From assembly GCF_009914755.1 (NCBI RefSeq), contig NC_060925.1: a stretch of 64,000 bases of DNA; one strand, written 5' to 3'. Of this stretch, positions 32,355-48,184 are shown one piece after another. The notes under the pieces were generated by a model. That model ran no database searches, was not told the DNA's origin, and saw nothing but the letters and a program-made list of their open reading frames with translations. The translations under genes and the position numbers were made by a program. Positions within the stretch are counted from its first letter, which is position 1, and every line of letters begins with the position of its first letter. The DNA comes from the human T2T-CHM13v2.0 reference genome, Homo sapiens.

Positions 32355-32539
32355 TACATTTCCCCTTTATATTAGGACACCAGTCACGTTGGATTAGGGG
32401 CCATTTGCAATGGTCCTGTTTCCAACTCAGATCACATTCTGAGGTCCTGGGAGTTAGGTTTTCATCGTATCTTTTAGGGGGACATAATGAACCTGTAACA
32501 CCTCCCTTCATGCCCTGCTCATCTGAGGGCAGAGTGGGC

Positions 32540-32882
32540 TTTCATGCCACACTTCGCTTTGGGCTCAGCCATGGGACTTGCTTTGGTTAAAGAATATGAA
32601 CCGCTGTGATGAGCCTGCTCCCAGCAGAAACTTTAAGTGTGCACAGGTGGTTTGGCCCTACCTGTCTTGCTCCTGAGAACAGTGAGCCCCAGGTCTGGGC
32701 ACTCCTTCAGCCTGAGTTTTAGGAAAAGAAAGACACGCAGATCCCAACAGAGCCCAGCGGACAAGAGCAGGGCCGCAGCCAGTCTCAGCCATGGTGTGCG
32801 TGAGGAATAAACAACCAACCGCTCGTGGTCAACTCCTGAGATATTGGGATTGTTTGTCCCTGCAGCCGAAGCTGACTATTAC
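32540..32882 (+). mobile_element. Old MLT1 (H/I-like) LTR fragment
   Basis: gggctcagccatgggacttgctttgg...gagatattgggattgtttg...gctgactattac. Confidence 0.5.
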
Positions 32883-35444
32883 TCTAATTACCTGCACAAC
32901 TAATGGCCAGAGGGAACTACAGATGCTAGCTGAAAGCTGACATGACAAAAGTACTTAAAAACTCCATCACACACCTCAAAAATATTCTATTATTTTAAAA
33001 TACCATTACTGCTAATAAGAGCTTAACGGCATCCACTTTGCCGTAATTTGATTAGAGATCCACATGGATTTACATATGTGAGACCTGACTTAATAATGCC
33101 TGTGAATTATTCAGAGGTGATTCCGCTGCAAAAGGCAGGGACGGCACGTCCTGCAGTGTGCCTCGCTAAGGGCCGGAGATTGCCTGGGATTCCTAAAGAG
33201 TAGGAGGTTCTGGCAGGGAACTCGAAAGGCACCAGGACATACGGCAGACCAAGGCCCTTTGTCTTGCCCTGGTCCTGAGCCATGACACTGTTCTAGGAAC
33301 CCTATCATTACTGCCACCTCTTTGGAACTCATTTCTCTCAGTTGCCAGGGCGGCTTTGCTCTGGGGCGATTCAGATCTGAAGAAGGTTCATCTTCTAGCT
33401 CTTTGCCTCCAGGATTGCACTGGGAAGCCAGGCCTTTGATCCCACTGCAGAGATCCATCCAGAGGGCCTTTATTTGGACAGGGGTGATGTACGGGAGGGC
33501 TATGCACTGCTGGGTCTAAGTCGTGCCTGGCACACCGCATGGACTCTCAGGAAAAGCTCGGGAAGTGAGTGAAAATGCCTCTTACGTCTGTGTGTGCTCC
33601 TAGGTTCACAAAGCACAGGAGGCAGCACTTGGAAGTTTATTAAATCCTGCCTGTGTGAGCAAGATGCCCGGATGCCCCCCTCGTCGTGGAGGTGGCCTAG
33701 AAGGTGAATGGGATCCCAGGGCCATTGAGCTGGGACACCAGGATTCGAACTCAGAGCCCTCTCACTCTGAGGTCCTTCTGACAGCCATATGTGATGAGGA
33801 GATGGTGAGATTTTTAGGATACCACAAGGCCCTCCTGCCCATAGACTCTCCCCGCTGGCCCATGTGGCCTCTGTAATTCACACAGCTCGCCTCTTGGGTT
33901 CATGCCCTGAATCCACATTCTTACTCTACCTTTGCCATCCACAGACATTTTAGGAGGGTGGATCTGATTAGATGTTCACCACCCTGACAGGTTGGGAGGA
34001 GGATGGGGAGGTCCCGTCTGGGAAAGGAGGTAGGGTCGGGAGGTGGGGGGCTTCCCTTCCAGGTTGCAGAACTCTGCTCTGTGGTTCTGTGGCAACAGGG
34101 GACAGCAGAAGCTGAAGGCTCCTCGTGGGAACGAAAGAGGAAGATGAGACTGGCTGTAGAATGGAGGAAGGGGGCTGAGGGGGCATGGGGGGTGCCAAAC
34201 CCTGAGGCTGTGAAGAGCAGAACTTCTGTGCCAGGGAAGGAGACAAGCCAGGTTCAAGGTCGGCTGGAAACCCCAGAGCCGTGCTGGAGGTGTCGGGATA
34301 CTCTGCTTCTAAGGAAGGTGGTTGAGGGAGCTGGACAGCCCTGAGTGGGGGCTGAGCACTGACCCCCTCCTCACGGGTCCCGGCTGCTTCTCAGCCTGGC
34401 TCTGAGGGCCCCACTGCCTCATCCCATGCCCCCACCCGGTGTCCTGACCTAAAACTGCAGGGCAGCTGTGCTTGCTTGTGAATGAAGCCAGGCTGAGTTA
34501 TTTCAAGAGCTGGCAAGAGTTTCCAGCACCCTGGCATCCAGATGGTCTTGAAATCGCTGATCAAAACCATCGGATAATGCACCAGTCTTAGAGGTGGTGG
34601 TGGTGGGGGGGCTTGTTAGGTAGAAGGACCTGGCCTTTGGAGTTGCAGCTGACCAGGAATGAAGGGGTTAAGAGAAATCACACCTCCCACTGGGAGGGCC
34701 CACTGGGGTGATTTGCAAATTAGGGCCAGTTCTCTTCTGTGTCTGCCCTTGATCTCAGGGTGACTTGTAGGAAGTGTTTTCTTGGCTTTGATTCCAGAGA
34801 GGTGTCAGTCGTGGACTCCTGTGCATGGTGTCTGCGTCTCCTGGGCCCAGCCTCATGCCCTGTCCTGGGCAGCTCTCCATCCACCGGAAGGACAGACAAG
34901 GGAATCGGAATGACAGTGTATCCAGGGAGACAGGCAGGAGGAGGGGCTGACTGAGGGCCCTGCCCAGGAACCTGTTGCCTCCAAAGACTCATTACAAGGA
35001 GCAGTCATGCAAGGTCCCCACCCCGCTCCCTGGAGAAAAGCAGGTGATGGAGGTGTATAGGTCAAGCTCAGCTGCTGCAAGGAGGAAAAAGTAGTGAACT
35101 TGGCATCGCGACTTCCACAGAAGTCATTTGCCTCCTGGGTTTCAGCTCCCCAGGGAGGTTCCTTGGGGATGAAGGCTTGGTGGAGACAGATGACTGGTCC
35201 TCTTCCTAGTTGCCTCCTTGGCATGGTACACACAGGAAATGCAGAGTGAGCATTGTCGGGGTGTCGTCACGGGGCTGTAAAATGCTCTGTCTCCGAGGTT
35301 ACAGGACTGATGAGATGTGAACCTTGGGGCAGGACCCTAGAGCCCAGGCTGTGGCCCTGGGAGGAAGCCCCATTGGAGGGCCGTGGAAGATGGCTTGCTC
35401 AGCTCTGCCTGGTGGGTCTGTGACCATGCTGGAAGTCTGGGGGC

Positions 35445-35866
35445 TGTGGTAGATTCCTGAAGCTGCTAGAACAAATTACCACGACCTGGAGGGCTTAGAA
35501 CCATGGAAATTGATTCTCTTACAGTCCTGGAGGCCAGAAGCCTGAAATCAAGGTGCAGGCAGGGCTGGCTGCTGGCCTCACCCAGCTCCTGGTCTCTGCC
35601 TCTGTCCCCACGTGGCTTCCCCCATGTGTACCCCTATGTGTCTGTTTTCTCTTCCTATAAGGACACTGGTCACGTTGGGTTAGGGTCCACCTTCATTCAG
35701 TTTGACTTCGTCTTAACTGATTACATCTGTGAAGACCTCATTCCCAAATACACTCACATTATGGAGTTCCAGGTAGATGTGAATCTTTGGGGGACACTGT
35801 TTTTTTTAAAATTATACTTTAAGTTCTGTGTGCTGGTTTGTGGGGGACACTGTTAAACCCAGTTAA
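35445..35866 (-). mobile_element. MLT1 (B/C-like) LTR
   Basis: aacaaattaccacgacctggagggcttagaacc...cagtcctggaggccagaagcctgaaatcaagg...tgggggacactgttaaaccc. Confidence 0.8.
35802..35840 (-). mobile_element. Micro-L1 insertion (extreme 3' end only)
   Basis: Reverse complement cagaacttaaagtataattttaaaaaa is the L1PA 3' terminus; 14-bp TSD tgggggacactgtt (35788-35801 and 35841-35854). Confidence 0.8.
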
Positions 35867-37149
35867 AGGGGGCAGGAAACATGGGTTCTGACAAGCAGCC
35901 ATGGATGCAGTCTCTTGTGACTTGACTTGTTCCTGGGCTTGTGTTTGGGTACTGGAATCAGAAAGTCCATTTTGGGGCTTCTTCCCAACTCTCTCTGATG
36001 GGGGCCCATCCCTTGAGCCCACACGTGCAGGCCTCAGGGTGGCTCAGGCAGGAGGAGCCTGGGATTCTCCTCTGTGCACGGAGCTGGCACTGGCTGCCGG
36101 GCTGAGCTGTCGGCCGCATCAGAATGTGTTTGGATCATGTCACTGAAGGCTCCTCTTTGAAACGTCTCAGGGAAGATCAATGACTAATTCTCACACGAGA
36201 GAAGCCCTCGCTCAAACACCACCCTTTGAGCTTGATAGTTCTCCACTCCGGCTTTTATGATCCAGATTAGTTTTCTTGAACTGTGGAATACAAATCGATA
36301 CATTTCAGAGAAGTGTGGCACTGGTGGGACCCTCGGCCAAGCAGTCTTTTAAGCAAAAGCAGTACTCACCATTTTAGACACTTGGCAAGGCATCCGTGGC
36401 AGGAGGGCCCCTGGCAAGGGATACGGACTGACGGGGGCCCGATGGCAGACTTGATGGGAGAAGAGCTGTCCTCAACTTTTAATTGAGAAAGTGTCCAGGC
36501 CTGCTGGCCTTGCAGGTGGCCATCTTTCCATTTAGCAGGAGAAGCTGGAGGCTCAGCCCTGTGTTCCTGGGAGGCTAATTTGTTTGGACAGAGTAAAGGG
36601 ATCTGAATTCAAATGTAATATATTTGAGATTAAAACCTCATGATGCCCCTTTGCAAACTCCAAGGCAGTCCCTGAGCTTGCTCTGAGCATTGGAGAGGGC
36701 AGGGAGGCCAACTAGAGCTGTGGGCTTGGGGAAGTGCTTGCAAGTTTTCTGTCTGGCTCACAGCAGGTGAGCTGAACCCCAGTGCTGCGTTTTGTCTCAG
36801 GAGTGTGGAGCGAGCTGGAAAAGTAGGAGTAAGTGGCCGTGAGCCTGGCACAGCAGCCGCCCTTACTTCCTGATTTGCAGAAACACAGTTTTGAGCATCC
36901 GAGGCCTCTCTTGGAAGATGTGTACTTCGTCCTTACACACCGTTTCGAGTCTGATGTGGTGAGTTATTATTTTCTCAGAGCAGGTGACTCCCCTGGGAAT
37001 GTTTTAGAAGATGACTCTGCTTCTTATACTGAGAATGACTCTGAGAACTTGGAGCCAATCTCCTGGCGGGGGTGTGGTGGGGGAAGAGGCTCCTTGGAGC
37101 TGAGTGGATGGATGGAAAGAAACCCAGCGAAGGGACCCAGCTCCAGGAC

Positions 37150-37270
37150 CCCGCTCTGCTCTCCCAAATTAGCTGGATGGCCTTGGGCAAGCCACTCGTC
37201 CTTTTCACGGCTCAGCTCTGTCATCTGTACCAGGACACCGGCCCTCCCTTCTGAGGGTTGCACGGTCCCC
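37150..37270 (+). mobile_element. MIR fragment
   Basis: ttagctggatggccttgggcaagccac...ctcagctctgtcatctgta. Confidence 0.55.
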
Positions 37271-39222
37271 ATGATCAGCAGTGGGGCCAATGCAGCTACA
37301 CAGTCACCAGGTACCCGGTGCGTACCCTGTGGTTTCTGCATCTCCTTTGTGACAAATGGCCCGGACGCTGGAGGAAACATCGATTCTTCTGTGATGAGAC
37401 GGGGGAGATGCCAAGTTTCTGCTGCAAATGACAACTGCAGGCCGGGCCAGAGAAGAGCAGGATCACCAGAGGAAGGCGAAGGCAGCCACGGCTGGGGCTG
37501 TGGTTTGTTTAAAATGTCCAGGGAAATGGATCCTGGCATCTCACTTTGCAGACATTTATTTTCAGAAGGCCATCTCTGTGCCGGGCTTGGGGCATCAGCA
37601 ATGGACATGATGGATGTGCAGTGGGACCTCTTGGGGGTTGACAACAGGCAGAGGTAAGGGGCCTCTACTATGTGACCAGTATAGCGACCTCCTCCAGGCC
37701 TTGGAGCTGCTGAAGAATCAGATGTGCACTTCCCGAAGGGCCCGGGAGGAAGCTGCCCTCTGAGACAAAGGAGGAGGGTGGCGCATGTGTGTGCCTGGAG
37801 CAGCCCTGGCCGGCAGCTCCCTATGAGCCGAGAAGCTTCCAGGCTGGAGTAGAGTGTGATGTTCCTTCAGATTCTCTGTTTGGGAATAGGGAAGCCAGAG
37901 GCTTCCGGGGTACCCTCTCAGCCATGGGCACGATACTGGCTGCTGTGTGGGTTGGAGCAGCAGCTCCAGCAGCTGCCAGAGCCCCGGGCCAGCTGGGGAG
38001 GCGGGAGAAGGAGGGCAGCCTCCATTGAGATCCCTTGCCCCCACCCTTGAAGCAGGCGCTGAGGCATCTCTGTCCAGCTAGTTCCCAAGACATCACCTGT
38101 TATGGACTTAGCTGGGTCCAGAAGGGCTGACACCTGCTCATGAGAGCAGGTCCTTAAGGTTCTGGCTGGGTGGCTGCTGCCTGGGGTGTGAAGAACCTTG
38201 CAAAGATGACTCTGGAGGAAGACGCAGAGACCACTGTCTGCCTGTCCTAGTTTGCCTCCATGTAGTGACCATGACCACAGCGGCAGGTGCAGACTTTGTG
38301 TGAGCCTGAGGTGCACACTCCATGGGCAGGGAATGGTGGGGTGGCAAGGATGGGCCACACGACCCTCTCCAAACCTCCCTAAAATGGAAGGACTCTGCCT
38401 CCTGCCAGGAGATGACAGAATTCCTAGTTTGGAGCATGCTCCCTAGCCTGGACCTCCATGCAGGCAGGCTGGGCTGTTGTGCTCAGTGATTTCATACCTG
38501 GGATTCTGAATCCCATTATAAAGGGAGCTCGGGTGCATGAATCACCCTTAGTGAGGGCCACCAGGATCATGACCCATTCTCCGTGATACTTTGGCCATCA
38601 GGAAATACCTTTCTTTGTGGCGAGTGTCTGACATTTTGGTGCTGTTTGTTCCAGCAGCTAGTGAGTGTTTCTCTGACTAATACATCTCCCCATACCCTGC
38701 CTTTCGGAGATGGCAAGAGGGAGTCAAGGAAGATGAAGTGTCCAGTCTCCACAGCCCTGAAAGACCAGGAACAAGACCTGGTCTCATGATCTTCACTGGT
38801 CTGGAGGGAACTTGGGGTCGGCTTTGGCTCATCCATATTTTAAACAAGTTGTAGCTTCCCTGAGCCTCAGTTTCCTCAATTAATGGAAGGATATATATCT
38901 ATCTTATTCACTCTGAGTTTTGTCTAAAAGAAGTTAATAGAAAAATGCAAAGAGGAAAGTAAGAAGGGCCCCCAAGTTGTCCTTGGAAAATAGCAGGTTA
39001 GGGATAGAGGGCTGGCAGTGCCACAGTCAGAATCCTCCTCCCACTGGAGCTCCGGGTACACGTGAGAGATGCCCCAAACTGCCAAGCCCCAGGGGGGCAG
39101 CTCAGGCCAAGGCATCTTTAATCTATGAGTCACTGTTCTGTCAGTCACAAGTAACTATGATTATTCCAGACCAGTTAAACACCACTTGTACTTTAATGTA
39201 GCCATTGAGTCCAACACTCTTA

Positions 39223-39675
<453 letters not shown>

Positions 39676-39743
39676 TCAGAGTGGGGTGGGCTCCTTCTCC
39701 CAGCTCGGTGCAGAAGGAAACCCAGGGAGCGCCCACTGAGCTC

Positions 39744-40067
39744 TTTTTTTTTTCCTTTTCTTTTCTTTTTTCTTTTTTGTTTTGAGACAGGGTCTCTCTC
39801 TGTCGCCCAGGCTGGAGTGCAGTGGTGCGATCTTGACTCACTGCAACCTCCGCGTCTCCCAGGTTCAAGTGATTCTCATGCCTTAGCCTCCCGAGCAGCT
39901 GGGATTACAGGTGCCCGCTATGACATGAGGCTAATTTTTGTATTTTTAGTAGTGACAGGGTTTCACCATGTTGGCCAGGCTGGGCTCGAACTCCTGACCT
40001 CAACTGATCCACCCACCTCGGCCTCCCAAAGTGCTGAGATGACAGGCATGAGCCACTGCGCCTGGCC
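39744..40067 (-). mobile_element. AluS (Sx/Sz-like)
   Basis: Full antisense dimer; TSD cca(c/t)tgagctctt. Confidence 0.93.
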
Positions 40068-40644
40068 CCATTGAGCTCTTGAAGGCTGTGACTTGAGGTT
40101 CCGGGACTGTCTATTCAGAGGAAGACTTGTGGGAGAGGAAGGCCTCCATTTTCTTGTTCATTTGTTTACTCATGTGGCATCCACCAGGGTCTTGGCCCTA
40201 GACTGGGCCCCATGAAGACCCCAGGCTGTCCCCTCTCTTGTGGTGATGTCAGGCTGGTCGGAGCAGAGGCAGCACCTTTGGTGTGGGGTGAGTCACAACG
40301 CCTTGCCCTGTGCCTCCTGCTGTCATTCATGTCTTAGGACAAGCCAAAGGCTCAGGTGGCTGCAGGTGTTCTGGGGACAAAGAGCACTGTAGTCTGGAAA
40401 GCTTGGGAGCTTTGCTAGGGGCAGGAGCCTGAGCTGGGCTTTTGGAATGGTTAGAAGCTTACATGGAGGTGGGGAAGGGTTTCTACCCAGCTGCACCGTG
40501 AGGAAGGTGAAGCAGGTGTGGTGTTCTGGAAGGAGGGTGTGGGAACACATGAGCCAGCATGGACAGGGGTGTGCGGGGGAGGTCAGCTGGGTGACACTGT
40601 GGATGGCCTGAACTCCAGGCTCAGGAATTTGGACCCCTACGTTC

Positions 40645-42105
<1,461 letters not shown>

Positions 42106-42293
42106 TCCCTTGAGGCCAGTGCTGTTGTGGGCTAAGCCTGCCTCACACACGGCATGGCACGTTTATTGCTCACAGTACACACACATGACAGGCTGGCAGG
42201 GTCTCTGCTCCACAGGCCACTCAGGGATCCAGGCCGGTGGCAGCTCTTCCAGCTATGGCTTCACTACCTGGGACTAGTGGGCTTCTTGGCTGT

Positions 42294-42721
42294 TGATATG
42301 GTTTGGATATCTGTCCCTGTCCAGATCTCATGTGGAAATGTCATCCTGAGAACTGAAGGTGGCGCCTGGTGGGGGGTGACTGGACCATGGGGGTGGGGCT
42401 TTCTCGTGAAGGGTTTAGCACCATCCTCTTGGTGCTGTCCTCATGATAGTGAGTGAGTTCCCGTGACATCTGGTCATTGGAAAGTGTGTGGCGCCTCCCC
42501 CAACTCTCTCTCTCTCTTGTTCCTGCTTTCACCACGTGACATGCCTGCTCCCCCTTTGCCTTCCACTGTGACTGGAAGCTTCCAGAGGCCTCCCCAGAAG
42601 CTGATGCCGGGGCTATGCTTCCCATACAGCTTGCCGAACCATGACCCAATTAAACCTCCTTTCTTATAAATTACCCAGTCGAAGACATTTCTCTATAGCA
42701 ATGCAAGAACAGCCTAATGCA
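42294..42721 (+). mobile_element. MST (MSTB-like) solo LTR, apparently within an older MLT1 relic (about 42150-42870)
   Basis: tgatatggtttggat...gcaagaacagcctaatgca; near-TSD gctgt/gttgt. Confidence 0.88.
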
Positions 42722-43584
42722 GTTGTTCCCTGGGGAAGACAGTGCTGAAGGGCTTTGCATACAGGAGTGAGACATCCCTGCCAGAAGCGGTACGCTTCAC
42801 GCCAGCTCACAGCCCGTTGGCCAGAACGCGCCACTTGGTCCACCTAATTGTGAGGGCGGCCGGGGCTCCTGGAGGGAGAAGTGCTGGGTGTGAGAGAGCA
42901 CACTCGTCTCCCCACCCATCCCCCTGAGTTGCTGGCCTCCCGTCCACCAACCTCCTAGTCCTCTCCTCGGGGAAGCCTGCTGCGCGCCATCCCTCCCCAT
43001 GCTGGCTCGTCTCTCTCTGAGTCATGCTGACTCTAACCGGCCTTTCACCGTTTGTCTCTACTGTTCATCTTTGGGTGGAGTGCGGCTCACTGTGAAGCTT
43101 CTCTGCACTCGCTGGATGAACGAAGGAATGAACAGGGAGATTTAGGTTCTTGGTAGCTGGAACCTCCTGTTTCTAGATCCTGCCTTGTTTCTCCCATGCA
43201 GCCCTTCAGTGTGGGTTTTCGTAGCGGCCTGGACGTCTTCTCTAGGGAGGGCCCACCGATTGCCGTGGCTCGAGGCCCCCGGAGACCAAAGACCGGGCGT
43301 GGAGCAAGAAAAACAGACGATGGAAACCTGCACCTCGTCCCCAGCCCTGCCACTGACAGCGTGTGGCTGTGGAGGCCTCTGTTTGCCCTCTCTGTGAGGG
43401 AGGAGCCCGCTGGAAGGCCTCCTGAGCCCGTCTGGTCCCTGCCATGCCATGGGTCTGCCTGGTGAGCCTGCAACGGGGATTTAGTTTTCTGTGTCGGGGG
43501 TGAGTTTCCATCAAAATAGCCACATTCTCTCACCAAGACTCCCTCATGGCCCTCGGCTCTGGGAGCCACCTTTGTCTGCGCACT

Positions 43585-43790
43585 GCCTCCCTCTCTCTTT
43601 GTCTCTGTTTCTCTCTCTCTCTCTCTCTGTCTGGCTCTGTCTCTTTCTTGCCCTGTCTCTGCTTCTGTCTGACTCTTTCTCTGCCTCCCTGTCTGTCTGT
43701 GTGTCTCCCTCTCTGTGGGTCTCTCTCTGACTCTCCGTCTCTGTCTCTCTTTGTCTATCCCTGTGTCTCTCTTTCTGTCTCTGTGTGTGT
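43585..43790. repeat. (CT)n/(CTGT)n-rich simple repeat
   Basis: Directly visible. Confidence 0.9.
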
Positions 43791-44417
43791 ATAGACTTAT
43801 TTGTCTATTTATGATGACATTCCATGGATGCTCCTTCCCCCAGACGGTGCGAGGCGTGAGGCACCTGGGCTGCAAGGCCTGTATTAGAACAAGGTCTCTG
43901 TGCTGCTCAGGTGAAAACCTCTGGAAGAGCGGATGCTTCTGGGAAGGCCCCGTAAGAAGCCGAGGAGTGCGCGGGTTCTCCACGGCTGCCACGGAGACTC
44001 CCGTGGAAGTGTCTGTGTGATGCCGTAAAGCCGGAGCCTGTCCCTTCCCTCCTGTGCCCCTGAGGGCAGTGCCCCAGGGATCATGCTTACAGGCTCCCCG
44101 CTGGGCATCCTCCCTGCCAGGCCACGCCCGACCATTCCCACACCAAGGCCAGAAGCCCCTTGCTCTGCACCCTCCTGGGGAACCCACCCAAAGTGCCTGC
44201 TGCACGCTGTCCTTTGGGGTCGCTAGCGTGCCCTTGCCCCGCGCCAGAGGCCTGGGTCTCGTGAGAGGGTGGCGGGGCCAGTCGGGACTGGTGTGGGTCT
44301 CTGTGAGCTGCAGGAGCCCCTCCTTTTGTGTCATTTTCTGCTCCTGCCCAGAGGCTGTGATGGGGTTTCTTTGTTGCTCAGCTCAGAGTTGGGGGCTTGG
44401 GGGGCTTGAGGGCCTAG

Positions 44418-44777
<360 letters not shown>

Positions 44778-45030
44778 TCCAGCTCTTGGGCCTGCTCCAG
44801 CCCAGCTGAGCACCGGCAGCCACTCCTTCCGCAGTGCTTTCTCCTTAAGCCAGGTTCCCTGTGTTGGAGGCAGGTCCAATTTGGGTGGGGAAAGGCATTG
44901 GTTGGCTCAGGGGAGCCATGGCCAGGAAATTCAGACCCTGGGTCATGGAGACCCTTGGCCTGTGAGACCCCCTTCAGAGCTAAACCCTCAACTTAGAAAC
45001 ATCTCACAAAAACCAGCAGTGGGAGTCTCA

Positions 45031-45334
45031 GTCCCTCATGGCATTGGGGTCACCAGCAGGAGATGCAGACCGGGAGCCTGGTGATCCCTCTGCCCCACAT
45101 GGTGTTGGTGTTGTCAGCAGGAGATACAACTGGGAGCCTGTTGATTCCTCTGCCCCACGTGGCGTTGGGGTCCCAGCAGGAGATGTGGGCCGGGAGCCTG
45201 TTGATCCCTCTGCCCCACGTGGCGTTGGGGTCCCAGCAGGAGATGTGGGCCAGGAGCCTGGTGATCCCTCTGCCCCTCGTGGTGTTGGTGTCACCAGCAG
45301 GAGATGCGGACCAGGAGCCTGGTGATCCCTCTGC
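45031..45334. repeat. Minisatellite, 60-61 bp unit, about 5 copies
   Basis: Unit approximately tgccccacgtggcgttggggtcccagcaggagatgtgggccgggagcctgttgatccctc. Confidence 0.92.
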
Positions 45335-48184
45335 CAGCCCAGGCGCAGGTGCACAGCGAGTTCTCCTGAGTTCTCAGGGACTGTCGCTGCAGCTGCTGCA
45401 ATATCACAGGGATGAGTTCCTCAGAGAACGTCATCACCCGTGAAGCCTGTTACAGATGTGGGACACATGTATCATCATGAACAGAAGGCTGGGGCAGAGA
45501 GTGGTGAACCACGGAGGAACAAGGCTGCCGTCTCCTGTTCTTCCAAATTATTCCCTTCTTGGATGCCAGCCACCCTCAGGTGCTGGCCTTACAGCTGTGA
45601 ATGAGCCAGGCCTGGCCCCTGCCTGCACAGAGCTCTCCATCAGACAGGGTGACAGCCTGACACGGGTCATGACCTGGTGATGGATGCCAGGAGAGGGGAG
45701 ACTGGAGGGCTGGGGTGGAGGCATCTCCTGGGAGGCACCAATACCAAGAGCTGCAGGGAGGCCTAGAGCCAAAGCCCATCTCCTTCCTCCCGTCCCTTGA
45801 TCTGGGTTTCTAGGCTGCTAGGAGACATGGCATGGGAGAGAGTTTCCGAAGGTGTGGAGTCCCCTGTGCTGGGGCATGTGTCTCCACTGCAGATGTGGAC
45901 TCTCTAAGGAAGCCACAGGAAGGAGAGACTGGGTTTCTCAAACTTGAGCTTGCAGAAGATTCATTTGGGAACCTTGAATGGCAGGGTCCTAGGACTCAGC
46001 CCCAGCGACCCTGGTTCTGAAGGGCCAGGTTGGGTCCATGGAAGTTTGACTTTTGGCAGGTATTCCAGGTGGCCTGGATGCAGGTGAGGTCATTTGAGGA
46101 CAAGGCTGGTCTGGAGCAATGGTGCTTCCTACCACCTTACTGGCTGCAGGTGTCGTGGGTGAAAACCTGACCATCCATGTCCACTGGAGGGACTCTGCTA
46201 GCTTCTGGCATCCTCTGTTTTCATGTGGCCTGTTTTGCAGTAGGGGAGCTGAGACTTGCAGAACCATTATGTGGCTTTTGTCTACACTGTGGCCTCTTTT
46301 TGAGGTTTTGGGTTAAAACATTTTTTGTGTGCAGAGCTGGTGCCAGGCAGAACTGGGATGGAGATGCTGCCTCAAATGTGGTCTGTTTATTTATCTCAAG
46401 TTTCTACCATCCTGCCAAAGGGTGCCCCTCAAAACAGGTGCACACACACAGCCGCTGGATTCTCCAGGGTCCTCTGAAGTCCAGCTCTCCAGTGACTTGT
46501 TGCTCTTCTTTTTCTCTGTTACGTACATGAGGAGCACATTGTAACTGTGCAATAAATGTCTGTTGGTGATGGAGAAAGAACCCAGAAGCTTCACGCCTGC
46601 CCGTTGCCACGCGAGGTGTGGTGTAAGCAAGGCCGGCGTTGGTGGCTAAGCCAGAAGCTCAGTTCCCATCAAGAATGGGTGTGTGTTGGGTCCTCATTCT
46701 TGACTTCTGCTTAATCTCAGCATTGCCCACATTTATCACAGTTGTTCTTTTAGTTCAGTTCCAAGCAGCGTCAAGCTGAGTATAAGGTTTTTCTGGCACC
46801 CGAGGAGGAGAGGCTCAGACCAGCAACGAGTTTCAAGGAATGATCTTCAAGCTCTGAGTTCATTTCCAAAAAGATGGATTTGTTTTTGTTCCTGAGCCTC
46901 AGAGATGATCTGTTGCTGCTGGCACCCCCATTTATTGTACCTGTTTCGGAAATATACTGTGGCTTATCAGAGGCTAAACCAGGTGCTGGAAAACCTATGT
47001 GTGAGGTGTCCTCGGATCGCCCAGCCTGGGGAAGGCCCCCTGTCCCCCAGAGCTGAGCACTGGGCCTCACCAATTCCTCCAGGTAGTTATTACCTATCAG
47101 CTCTCCCTACCGCAGAGCCCATAGTGGGCCTTGTTCCCTGATGCCCAGGGCCTAGATGGATGTGAAATGTTATCAGCAAAGATGAGCGTTTCAGTGAAAT
47201 AGCCGAATGTTCTTGAGGATTGCACAACCAAGGAGATATTTTTTCCAGATATGTTTGGGGAGAAAGGTGAGGATGAAGAAGAGTGAGAGAAGATGTCTGA
47301 CTTCATTTACTGTTTTAGAAGCTACATGACAGTAAAAGATGGATCCTGCCCAGGTGCTTGGGACCAGGTGGGAACTGCATTTTTATGCAGTGGGGAGAGT
47401 CATGGGATAAGGAAACGTTTTCTCTTTTCTCCGTGTCAGCAATGTAACCCTTTCCCCACCTTCTCCATCCTTAACGTCTCATCCGCTCAAAAGACTTAAC
47501 TTTCATTGAGTTTTTGTAAATCTTTAAAAAGTGTTCTCCTCCCTCACTCCCCATGTTAAGTTTATCTTCTGGCCGGGATACGGGGAGGATTCATGTTTTC
47601 TCAGGGCTGAAATGGAATGATCCTTCAGATCTCAGGAAAGGAGAGAAGCTGAGGTGCCTGTCAGTTTTCGGGGTGTCTCTAGAACGAGGCTTCCTCTTGG
47701 TTTGAGAAGGGCTGACTTCCAAGCCAGGGACTCCTTAGCCTCCCCTCCCCTCCCCTCCCCGCCCTCTCCTCTCTTTCCAGGAAAACAGTCGTTTGTAAAG
47801 CCCGGTCTCCCGCTGCTGCCCCCACCCCGACCTGCCCTGCCTTTGAGATGTCCCGTGGTCTAACAATGGGATCTTCTGAAAAGCCGTGTCCATAATTGAG
47901 CCTGAGCGCAAGGGACGATCCGGTCCACGGAGCTCGCCGTGAGATTCTCCCCGCTCTCTGAGCCCGCTCAGGGGGGTCCACGGCTTCCAGGCACCATTTT
48001 CCTCTTTTGTTGTCAGGGTTCGGCTAATGAGCAGCCTCCTTAGCCCATCTCTGCCCAGATGTGGCCTTCAGGGCTCCCCGAGATGGGGCCGGGCCTCATG
48101 AGTCACTCACAGCGACCCGGGGCGCCGAGTCCGTTCCTGCGGCCGAGCAAGGCCTCGGAGCTGCTGAAGGGGCATTCATCCTCG

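Noticed and set aside
36833-37657. 274-aa plus-strand ORF
   Set aside because: It has a non-ATG start, crosses a MIR fragment, overlaps a similar antisense ORF and has no recognisable homology.
43087-44334. 415-aa minus-strand ORF
   Set aside because: It runs through a CT/GA simple repeat and GC-rich sequence, and I recognise no domain.
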